This document shows, piece after piece, positions 53,813-62,189 of a DNA stretch of 64,000 nt. The stretch lies in NCBI GenBank assembly GCA_001785865.1, contig MFUZ01000009.1, positions 15,309 to 79,308 of the forward strand, given 5' to 3'. The notes beneath the pieces were generated by a model that made no database searches, was not told where the DNA came from, and saw only the letters and a list, made by a program, of their open reading frames with translations. The stretch is from Candidatus Nomurabacteria bacterium RIFCSPLOWO2_01_FULL_41_18. GTDB taxonomy: Bacteria; Patescibacteriota; Minisyncoccia; Phycocordibacterales; UBA9973. Numbering within the stretch: position 1 is the stretch's first letter; each line of letters starts with the position of its first letter. The position numbers were made by a program, and so were the translations under genes.

Positions 53813-56410
53813 TTACTCTTCAATTTTGAATACTAGAGTAGCTTCGCCGGTGTTATAAACACTATCGTGAGCGATTACTTTGAGTTCATTCTCTTTTTGC
53901 AAGTCTTCTATATCTCTCGGAATAAAAGAAAAACCGGTGGCGGAATCTGAAGTCCCTAAGTATGTGTTGTTTACGAAAACATCCATCCTAATAATCGGAT
54001 ACTTCGTAGAAGTACCCACTTTTACATTTATTGTTCGGTTGGGCTGGTAGGTGGTTTTACTATTAGGCTCAATGATGGTAATGATGGTCTTTAGCTCACC
54101 AGTGTGTATATCATCTTCCATCCTTGGTTTATCAGAAGCAGTCGTGATTTGGAATCGTCCTTTGTTTTGAGCCCACCAGTTTTGGATTGGAATTTCCCAG
54201 TGTTCAAATTGTGGATTACTACTCGGGTTTTCTGGTGGAGCTCCTAAAATATCGTTTCTATCCACCCAGTAAAGGATGGAGTGGACATTGGTTATCACTT
54301 TTTCCTCCAAAGTTTCTTTCGGGGTGTATTCCGTAGCTAGTTTTCCAGAAATTCTATCTATGAAAAAACTTTCGTTTCCCATCCAGCTTCCCCGGAGCGC
54401 CGGCTTTACTATTTCTGGATCAACATCGAGATTTGGTTCTTCAAACCTTTCGTCTGGCAAATTTTCGAGAGCGGTGCTTATAAATTTATTCCAAATCGGT
54501 CCGGCGACAGCCACACCTCCTTTTTTCATTGGCTCGTTGTCGTTGTTGCCCGCCCAAACTCCGACAACGATAGAAGGCGTGTAACCGATGGTCCACGCAT
54601 CTTTGTTACTGTTGGTGGTTCCGGTCTTTACGGCGACCTCGTGCCCAGGGATAAGAAGAGCAGAGCGCGCCCCGAAGGTCGGGATGCGAGATTTTTCGTC
54701 TGACATTATGTCGGAAATGGTCAAGGCAGTGTTCTTGGGAATAACTTGTTGGGTATTGGGCTTGAACTCTTCTAATATATCCCCGTTCAAGTTTTCAATT
54801 CTTAAAATTCCAGTATAAGGGTTTCTCATTCCATCGTTCGCAAAAACTCCGTAAGCGGAAGTCATGTCGAGGAGAGAAACTTCTCCGCCTCCGATGACCA
54901 GTGTAAGTCCATAACGTCCGATATCGCCCAAAGTGCTGATACCCATGTCTTCGGCTGTCTTGAGTGACGAGGGCAGACCGGCCAAATAGAAAAGCTTTAC
55001 TGCTATCACGTTGATCGATTGCGCGAGCGCGTCACGGAGAGTCATCGGCCCGCGGGATTTTCCATCGTAATTGTCCGGCATATAGCAATCCTTCTGATTG
55101 CGTCCTGGAAGGGCCCTGCCGTAGGCGTTGCAAGTGGTTTGAAATTCGGTAGGCAGGTCAAAGAGCACTGTGCTCGGAGTAAAGCCCTTGTTGAAGGCTG
55201 TGGCGTAAATGAAGGGCTTAAAAGATGAACCTGGCTGCCTGGCCGCGGTAGCCACGTTGAAATTTCCATCTATTTCTTTATCGAAATAGTCTCGAGAACC
55301 AATCATGGTGAGGATCTGCCCGGTTTTCGGGTCGATTGCAACCAATGAAGCATTTCCTCCGTTCCAATCTTTCTCATTTTTAAGAGCACCCTCCTTCACG
55401 ATCAGTTCCCCCTTTTCTTGCAACTCATAATCGAGCGTGGTGATGATCTTCAATCCACCCCTTTCCACCATCTCTCTCCCATATTTTTCTTCTAGATAGT
55501 TCTTTATAAAGAAAACAAAGTGGGACGCCTTGATCCCGCTCGCAGACTGCGGAGAAAAAGCCACAACCTCCTTTTTTGCACTGTCGTATTCCGCCTTGGT
55601 TATAAAGCCAAGCTCCAGCATGCGTGAGAGCACCAGATTTTTCCTGGCTTCCAATTTTTCCTTATTTTTTCCGTAAGGAGACAAGACGGTCGGAGATTGC
55701 GGGATAGCCGCGAGATAAGCGGCTTCAGCTAGTGTGATGTCGAGGGCCCTTTTATTGAAATAAGTTTTGCTGGCTTCTTCTACCCCATAGATGGTTCCTC
55801 CATAAGGGGCTTCGTTCAGATAGTGCTCCAGAATTTTTTCTTTCGGCATGGTGTTTTCTAATTTTATGGCTAGGACCCATTCCTTTATTTTGCGAGATAT
55901 GGTCACCTTTTGGGTAAGTAAGGTGTTTTTTATCAATTGCTGGGTGATGGTGGATCCGCCGGTAACTCTTTTGCCGGTCAGTTTGGCCCATATCGTAGCC
56001 CGGATGATCGAAGTGATCCTGATTCCGCCATGATTGTAAAATTCTGAGTCTTCGATGGCCACTGTCGCGTTCATGATGTTCACTCCCATATCTTCGTAAG
56101 GAATATCCGTTCGCTTTGTTTCGCGATGCATATCATAGAGGAGTATTTCCCCGGTCCGGTCATATATTTTTACCGAGTTTTCGATCCTTCTTTCGTTAAA
56201 GGAATTGAAATCCGGTATTTTTAAGGAAGAAAGCCAGATGGTGACCACACTTACCATGACAATAAAGACGCCAGCGGTAAAAAGCATCAGATTCTTCAAA
56301 AATCCTTTTTTCCTATAAAATCTCATAACTACAGCGAAAATAGTGGCCTCAAATTTGTCGAGATTCTTTGCCATCTTGCTGTTTCTTATTTTTTTGTATA
56401 TTTCTTTCAT
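53813..56410 (-). CDS. Class A penicillin-binding protein (PBP1A family)
   Basis: EDSEF, GGSTITQQ, QPGSSFKP, KTGT. Confidence 0.95.
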   Translation of the reverse strand: MKEIYKKIRNSKMAKNLDKFEATIFAVVMRFYRKKGFLKNLMLFTAGVFIVMVSVVTIWLSSLKIPDFNSFNERRIENSVKIYDRTGEILLYDMHRETKRTDIPYEDMGVNIMNATVAIEDSEFYNHGGIRITSIIRATIWAKLTGKRVTGGSTITQQLIKNTLLTQKVTISRKIKEWVLAIKLENTMPKEKILEHYLNEAPYGGTIYGVEEASKTYFNKRALDITLAEAAYLAAIPQSPTVLSPYGKNKEKLEARKNLVLSRMLELGFITKAEYDSAKKEVVAFSPQSASGIKASHFVFFIKNYLEEKYGREMVERGGLKIITTLDYELQEKGELIVKEGALKNEKDWNGGNASLVAIDPKTGQILTMIGSRDYFDKEIDGNFNVATAARQPGSSFKPFIYATAFNKGFTPSTVLFDLPTEFQTTCNAYGRALPGRNQKDCYMPDNYDGKSRGPMTLRDALAQSINVIAVKLFYLAGLPSSLKTAEDMGISTLGDIGRYGLTLVIGGGEVSLLDMTSAYGVFANDGMRNPYTGILRIENLNGDILEEFKPNTQQVIPKNTALTISDIMSDEKSRIPTFGARSALLIPGHEVAVKTGTTNSNKDAWTIGYTPSIVVGVWAGNNDNEPMKKGGVAVAGPIWNKFISTALENLPDERFEEPNLDVDPEIVKPALRGSWMGNESFFIDRISGKLATEYTPKETLEEKVITNVHSILYWVDRNDILGAPPENPSSNPQFEHWEIPIQNWWAQNKGRFQITTASDKPRMEDDIHTGELKTIITIIEPNSKTTYQPNRTINVKVGTSTKYPIIRMDVFVNNTYLGTSDSATGFSFIPRDIEDLQKENELKVIAHDSVYNTGEATLVFKIEE

Positions 56411-56716
56411 TGTTCGAATTATACAACTTGATACAATATAATTACGTCTTTCGTTCGCAATAATCTAAGTACACTTAATTATTGCTCACTCATTAGTAAT
56501 TATAGCAGAGAAATCACTAAAATTATATTTTTCTGCTGTATTTTTAGTCCAAATCCTGAAGTTATTCAGGGGTATTGAGATATTATGAGGGTATTGATTT
56601 TTTTCTACTTTTGTGGTTAGGTTAGGTAAATAAACCCTGGAGTAACGGAATGTCCGAGCTCCGCTGGAGCTCGTTCTTTTACAACAGGAAAACAAAGTTT
56701 CAGGAGTTTAACAACC

Positions 56717-57616
56717 ATGAAAATCACGTTACTAGGTCCTCTCGGGGCCAATTTCTCGGATTTGGCTCGTAAGGATTTCGGTAGAATATTCGATGATCAC
56801 TTCCTTCAGACTAACGATCGATCCAGTTTTTTGTTGGTCGATCGAAATGAGGATGTTTTGCCAAGCGTCATCAAAGATGGTGGGTTGGGGGTGGTGGCGA
56901 TGAATACGGAAGCTGAAGGAGTGTACGAGGCACCTTTCAGAAAAGTGGTGGCCCTACTCGACCATTATGACAATTCCGGACGGTGTCCAGTTGCACTTAT
57001 CGCTGCTCTTGAAAAGAGAGTTCGCTTCACTCTCATGGTAAAAAAGGGGACAGAATTTCAAGAGATCCAGGAAGTATGTGCGCATCCAAAATCTCTCGGG
57101 GCGTGCAGAAATAATATCCGGGCACATGGCTGGCGACCTATCGAATGCAACAGTAACGGCAAAGCCGCGGAATATGTTGCTCGTGATCCGAGATATACCA
57201 AGACTGCAGTTCTTGGTCCACGCGAAGCCGTGGAAACTTTCAAAGAGTTGAGAGTTGTACCCGGATATGAGGCTTTGGAAGACAATCCCGCGACGACAAT
57301 TTTCCATTTGTGGGGGCCGAGGTCGAGAAAGCGCATTGCAGGGCTTCGGGAAAACAACATGATTGTTTTAGCTTGCAGGCTTTTCCACAAACCCAACGCA
57401 AAGGGAAGTGTTATGAACAGTTTTGGCAAAAGGGGGATTAACATGCTTTATGACACCCAGGTTTTCGTCGGTGCGGCCAAATATGACCACATCTTTCTTT
57501 ACGAATGTCGGAAGGATCAAGTTATTGCGCAACGGGAAGCCTTACAGGAAGTTAGCAAAAATTCTCTTGTGGAGCGTTGCCTTATGCTGGGTCCTGTCCC
57601 TATTGTTAAAGCCTAA
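56717..57616 (+). CDS. pheA: Prephenate dehydratase-like protein with ACT domain
   Basis: LGPLGANFS, HPKSLGAC, SNGKAA, EDNPATTIF; divergent from canonical ENS/TRF motifs. Confidence 0.75.
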   Translation: MKITLLGPLGANFSDLARKDFGRIFDDHFLQTNDRSSFLLVDRNEDVLPSVIKDGGLGVVAMNTEAEGVYEAPFRKVVALLDHYDNSGRCPVALIAALEKRVRFTLMVKKGTEFQEIQEVCAHPKSLGACRNNIRAHGWRPIECNSNGKAAEYVARDPRYTKTAVLGPREAVETFKELRVVPGYEALEDNPATTIFHLWGPRSRKRIAGLRENNMIVLACRLFHKPNAKGSVMNSFGKRGINMLYDTQVFVGAAKYDHIFLYECRKDQVIAQREALQEVSKNSLVERCLMLGPVPIVKA

Positions 57617-57678
57617 CCGCTCGTCAACCGAGTAACAGGCGAAATTCCTAATCAATTAAAATAGATAGTACCAAGAGG

Positions 57679-57712
57679 GCCAGCACAACACGTTGCTGGC
57701 TTTTCCCTTTTT
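57679..57712 (+). terminator. pheA terminator
   Basis: GCCAGCA...TGCTGGC followed by T-rich tail. Confidence 0.6.
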
Positions 57713-57757
57713 ATATATTAAAACTTTGTAAGTTTTAATTGGTATCTTGAATATCAT

Positions 57758-57909
57758 TTGACAAAATTACACTATTTGATATCATACAAGTATGAGTCTT
57801 TTAATCAAATTTTCTGTTAACTATTATTACCGCCAAACGGGACGGTCTTCTTTTTGCTAATTAATTTAACTTTTAAAGCACAAAAGACCGCCCCGCAAGG
57901 CGGTTTTTT
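57758..57909 (+). promoter_or_regulatory. Promoter plus leader-peptide transcription attenuator of tyrS
   Basis: TTGACA-16-TATCAT; YYY leader ORF; mutually exclusive hairpins; terminator GACCGCC-CCGCAA-GGCGGTTTTTT. Confidence 0.8.
57792..57860 (+). CDS. Tyr leader peptide MSLLIKFSVNYYYRQTGRSSFC
   Basis: TAT TAT TAC at 57822-57830; ATG 6 nt after the -10 box. Confidence 0.78.
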   Translation: MSLLIKFSVNYYYRQTGRSSFC

Positions 57910-57968
57910 GTTTTTATGTTATGAAAATGAATTTTATAAATTTATCACAATATGCTAGAATCGGGATT

Positions 57969-59150
57969 ATGAAAGTTATTACCGATGAGAAGAAAATAGA
58001 CGAGCTTTTAACTCGAGGGGTGGAGAACGTCTACCCCAACAAGGAAGCTCTCAAGAAGGTTTTGATGTCCGGGCGAAAAATCAAACTCTATCTTGGGATT
58101 GACCCGACAGGTGGAATTTTACATCTTGGACACTTGGTTCAATTTCTCAAATTAAAAAAATTCCAAGACCTTGGTCATGAAGTTGTTATTCTTATTGGTG
58201 ATTTTACAGCGCAAATAGGAGATCCCACCGACAAACAAACAACCCGAAAACCGCTTACTCATAAGCAGGTCGTAGAGAATGCCAAGGGATACAAAAAGCA
58301 GATTAGTAAAATTTTGGATTTAAAGAAATTAAATATGAACTTTGTTCATAATGCCAAGTGGACTAACAAGCTTTCTCCAGAAGACATGTTGGAATTAGCC
58401 TCCAACTTTACAGTTTCCAACCTGCTTAGTCGAAGTATGTTTCAAGAAAGACTTAACACCGGTCGGGAAGTGCATGTTCATGAATTTCTATACCCAATTT
58501 TTCAAGCATATGATGCTGTGACTATGGATGTTGATCTGCAGATCGGGGGCAATGACCAAATGTTCAACATGCTAGCTGGTCGTGACTTGATGAGAAGAAA
58601 AAAACATAAAGAAATGTTTGTCCTGACTACTAAATTACTTGTTGACCCAACCGGCAAAAAAATGGGAAAAACTGAAGGGAATATGATTACCTTGAATGAT
58701 TCTGCCAACAACATTTTTGGTAAGATAATGAGCTGGCCTGACAGCATGATCGCTTCAGGTTTTGAAATATTTACTGGATGGGATTTGAACACTCTTCAAA
58801 TAGACAGCCCGCGTGATCAGAAAATGAAACTTGCCCACGAGGTCGTAAAAATTTGTCAGGGAGAACAAGCCGCAAGGGAAGCAGAAGAGAATTTTATTAA
58901 CACCTTCCAGAAAAAGGAGATTCCAGTAGAGATGGAAGAAATCAAGGGCCAAGAAGGTGAATTGGTGAGCGAAGTTTTGGTAAAAAATAAGATTTTATCT
59001 TCAAAAGGAGAGTGGCGCAGGTTATGCGAGGGGAATGGGGTGCATGACTTGGAGAAAAATGAAACAATTGCTGATCAAAATCTTAAAATTGACGGAAACC
59101 TGACACTCAAAATAGGGAAAAAGAGATTTATAAAAATCACAGCAAAATAA
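57969..59150 (+). CDS. tyrS: Tyrosyl-tRNA synthetase (alternative in-frame start at 57921)
   Basis: YLGIDPT, HLGH, QIGGNDQ, KMGKT, S4-like tail. Confidence 0.97.
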   Translation: MKVITDEKKIDELLTRGVENVYPNKEALKKVLMSGRKIKLYLGIDPTGGILHLGHLVQFLKLKKFQDLGHEVVILIGDFTAQIGDPTDKQTTRKPLTHKQVVENAKGYKKQISKILDLKKLNMNFVHNAKWTNKLSPEDMLELASNFTVSNLLSRSMFQERLNTGREVHVHEFLYPIFQAYDAVTMDVDLQIGGNDQMFNMLAGRDLMRRKKHKEMFVLTTKLLVDPTGKKMGKTEGNMITLNDSANNIFGKIMSWPDSMIASGFEIFTGWDLNTLQIDSPRDQKMKLAHEVVKICQGEQAAREAEENFINTFQKKEIPVEMEEIKGQEGELVSEVLVKNKILSSKGEWRRLCEGNGVHDLEKNETIADQNLKIDGNLTLKIGKKRFIKITAK

Positions 59151-59188
59151 AAACACCCCAAAGATAAATTAGGGGTGTTTTTATTTTT
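59144..59188. terminator. Bidirectional terminator
   Basis: AAAATAAAAACACCCC...GGGGTGTTTTTATTTT. Confidence 0.8.
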
Positions 59189-59191
59189 TAA

Positions 59192-59332
59192 CTATCTATC
59201 TTTGTCTGGGTCTTCCTCATCTAATCCAAAATCGGTTATGCCTTCTGGCGCATCCAACGGTTCACCCAGCTCATCTTCATCGGCGCCAATTTTGAAACCA
59301 TCTTCTACTTCTTCCTCTTCTTCGTAACTCAT
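59192..59332 (-). CDS. 46-aa highly acidic protein
   Basis: MSYEEEEEVEDGFKIGADEDELGEPLDAPEGITDFGLDEEDPDKDR*. Confidence 0.65.
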   Translation of the reverse strand: MSYEEEEEVEDGFKIGADEDELGEPLDAPEGITDFGLDEEDPDKDR

Positions 59333-59455
59333 ATGTTTTTTATTTTCAGCCAGAGGCTGATCCGCCTTTGGCGGAAATTTAATTTGTAATTTCCTACTTT
59401 GTATCAAAATATAAAAAGCTTGGCAATAGGGAAAAGACTTAAAATGTGGATAAGT

Positions 59456-59959
59456 CTAAGAACGTATGTGTGCAAAGGCGGTCAGCGCGATGGCAATGGC
59501 GTCTAGCTCGTCGTCGGATTTCTTCGAGTCGTCTACTTCTACCAGAATTTTCACCATTTTATTTATTTGTGTTTTGTCTGATCTACCATAACCGGTCGTC
59601 GCCACTTTTATTTGCAAAGGAGTCGCCTCAAAAATTTTAAGCCCCGCCAAAGATGCCTCATAAACTACTACTCCGCGCGCTTCGGCGACGCGCATCACCG
59701 TTTTTTGGTTGGTATTTAAAAATAAAGTTTCAATAGCTAAAACTTCCGGCTTGTATTTTTTTATTATATTTCTCACTTCTTCACCGATTAGTTTTAGCCG
59801 TTCCGAAAATTCTAATTTAGCAGAAGTCTTGAAACATTCTGAAAAAATCACATGCTCCCTGCCCTGAGCGTGGTCGAAGGGTTTTTTGCCGCCATTATCT
59901 TTTTCTAATATTGCAACACCCAACCTCTCAAACCCCGGATCGATTCCCAAAATTTTCAT
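59456..59959 (-). CDS. ruvC: Holliday junction resolvase RuvC
   Basis: ILGIDPG, AEARG, DDELDAIAIA. Confidence 0.96.
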   Translation of the reverse strand: MKILGIDPGFERLGVAILEKDNGGKKPFDHAQGREHVIFSECFKTSAKLEFSERLKLIGEEVRNIIKKYKPEVLAIETLFLNTNQKTVMRVAEARGVVVYEASLAGLKIFEATPLQIKVATTGYGRSDKTQINKMVKILVEVDDSKKSDDELDAIAIALTAFAHIRS

Positions 59960-60003
59960 GGTTCTATTATATCACCATGACCCTGAGTTTTTCGAATGGG
60001 TCA
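59956..60003. repeat. Composite palindromic element filling the ruvB-ruvC gap
   Basis: TCATGGTTCTATTATATCACCATGACCCTGAGTTTTTCGAATGGGTCA. Confidence 0.8.
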
Positions 60004-61044
60004 TAATAATTTTTTCTGATTTTCTTTCAAATCAAACCCAAGATGTTCATACGCTTTTTTTGTAGCAACTCTCCCTCGAGCAGTGCGTTCCAAAAGCCCG
60101 AGCTGAATTAAATATGGCTCTACCACTTCTTCTATTGTTGCTTCTTCTTCCGAGAGGGCCGCCGCCATGGTTTTGAGTCCTACTGGTCCGCCATTAAATT
60201 TCTCAATCAATATTTCCAAGAATTTTCTATCAGAGGAATTGAGCCCTATGTTGTCTACGGCAAGCATGTTGAGGGCATCCTTTACTATTTTTTGATCCAG
60301 ATTTTGCTTTTCGCTTTTTTTGTTCACTTGAGCAAAGTCGCGCGCTCTTTTCAAAAAATAATTTGCCGTGCGAGGAGTGAATCTACTTCTTTTGGCAATT
60401 TCTTTTAAGGCATCTTCTTCGAGGGTAATATTTAAAAGCTTACTTGACCTCTCCACAATTTTTCCAATTTCTTCATTTGAATAAAATTCCAATCTAAAAA
60501 CTCCACCAGAGAATCTGGAACGAAGGGGGGAGGAGATAAGAGCGACACGGGTGGTTGCTGCAATGAGTGTAAAAGGCGGAAGATCAAGCTGGATAGTGCG
60601 GGCCGATGGGCCTTTACCAATAATGATGTCTAGGACACCAGACTCCATGGCCGGATAGAGTATTTCCTCAACCATTTTATTTAATCTGTGGATTTCATCT
60701 ATGAAAAGAATATCACCCGAAGCAAGGTTTGTAAGTATGGAAGCCAGATCACCCACTTTTTCAATCGCGGGTCCAGAAGTTATTTTCATTTGTCTGCCAG
60801 TCTCCTTGGCGATGAGGTGGGCGAGTGTGGTCTTGCCTAGCCCGGGAGGTCCATAAAATAGGATATGTTCAGGTATGTGCCCGCGTTCTTCCGCCGCTTT
60901 CAGTAGGATTTTTACGTTGTCTTTTATGTGTTTTTGGCCGATATATTCATCCCAGCGGGTAGGGCGCAGAGTCTGATCGAGGACGACATCCTCATTCTTG
61001 CTTACCTCTTTAGAATTGGGGTCTTTTGTTTTTGGGCTTGACAT
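60001..61044 (-). CDS. ruvB: Holliday junction helicase RuvB
   Basis: GPPGLGKTT, FIDEIHR, EPYLIQ. Confidence 0.98.
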   Translation of the reverse strand: MSSPKTKDPNSKEVSKNEDVVLDQTLRPTRWDEYIGQKHIKDNVKILLKAAEERGHIPEHILFYGPPGLGKTTLAHLIAKETGRQMKITSGPAIEKVGDLASILTNLASGDILFIDEIHRLNKMVEEILYPAMESGVLDIIIGKGPSARTIQLDLPPFTLIAATTRVALISSPLRSRFSGGVFRLEFYSNEEIGKIVERSSKLLNITLEEDALKEIAKRSRFTPRTANYFLKRARDFAQVNKKSEKQNLDQKIVKDALNMLAVDNIGLNSSDRKFLEILIEKFNGGPVGLKTMAAALSEEEATIEEVVEPYLIQLGLLERTARGRVATKKAYEHLGFDLKENQKKLL

Positions 61045-61421
61045 TGATTTAATAATATGCTATACTAAAAAAGTATTAAGGTTATCAACATGGTATCAAC
61101 ACAGCTATACACATTATAGCATCCGATGCGATTTTGATAATAGTATAATACAAGTAAGAGGTTTTTAACTCTCCGCCTGGGGCGGGACAAAGAAGACATT
61201 AATCTCTAAGCAATCAGCCAAAAGGTTATACGAATTTGCATAGGACGTTCTGGCAAGAATTTATTTTTACTGGGTCTATCCTCTAATAATTTGTTACTCT
61301 TGGAGCCCAGCTTCAAAAGGATTGTTTAGAGATTAATGTTTTTTTATTTCAGAATAAAAAGCGAACCATGTTAACCATGGTGTTGATAAATAAGGTTTAT
61401 TCTGTTACTCTCTCTAATGTA

Positions 61422-62174
61422 ATGTATCAAAAGATCATCAATAAGATAATCGAACTCGGTGATTCCCTTCCGGTGATTTCTGGCCGTGTTCCCGATATAG
61501 GAAAAAGCAAGCAGTGGCTGACCCAAAAAGAAATAGAGATAGAAACAGAGCTCGCGGAGATGATAAGCACTTTTCCAGGTAAGCATTCGGTGTACGCTGA
61601 AGAACTGCACAGTATTTTTATAAAAAACGACAACGTTTGGATCATAGATTCGATTAGCAACACGACTAATTTTCTCCGAGGGATGCCCCACTATTCCATA
61701 GTGTTGAGCCATCTTCATAAAGGAAGAATAAAATTTGCAGTCATATATGATCCAACCAACAAGGAATTATTCACGGCTGAAAAAGGTAAAGGCGCGTTTT
61801 TAAACAATAAAAGAGTCCGTGTTTCCAAACGAAAAGAAAATCTTTTCTTTCTGATCGGTCCATATTTCACTCCGCCGAGAACATATCGAAAAAAAGCGCT
61901 GAAAATAATCAAAATTATGTCGGAAAGTGGCAACACGATCCGGATCGTAGGATCTCTCGCGGTACATTATGCATATATTGCCTGCGGCCGAGCAGATGTG
62001 GCTATTTCGTTCAATGAAGATACCTTTCCAGAGTTTGCCGGAAAACTTCTAGTGGAAGAAGCGGGAGGAAAGTTCACTGATTTCAAAGGTGGTGCTTTGC
62101 GTCCGGAAACAGTGGGTGTTATTGCAAGCAATGGGCTCATTCATAAAGGGATTAAAGATATTGTCGGGGCGTAG
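61422..62174 (+). CDS. Inositol monophosphatase/SuhB-family protein with degenerate catalytic motifs
   Basis: AEE, WIIDSISNTTNF, AEKGKGAFLN, VEEAGG. Confidence 0.85.
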   Translation: MYQKIINKIIELGDSLPVISGRVPDIGKSKQWLTQKEIEIETELAEMISTFPGKHSVYAEELHSIFIKNDNVWIIDSISNTTNFLRGMPHYSIVLSHLHKGRIKFAVIYDPTNKELFTAEKGKGAFLNNKRVRVSKRKENLFFLIGPYFTPPRTYRKKALKIIKIMSESGNTIRIVGSLAVHYAYIACGRADVAISFNEDTFPEFAGKLLVEEAGGKFTDFKGGALRPETVGVIASNGLIHKGIKDIVGA

Positions 62175-62189
62175 TATAATAAGATCAGA

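Noticed and set aside
57760-57910. T-box upstream of tyrS
   Set aside because: No TGGNACC T-box motif or long stem I; the leader-peptide model fits better.
59333-59407. N-terminal extension of the 71-aa ORF (PPKADQPLAE)
   Set aside because: Translation of palindromic repeats at 59346-59375; ATG 59332 is the more plausible start.
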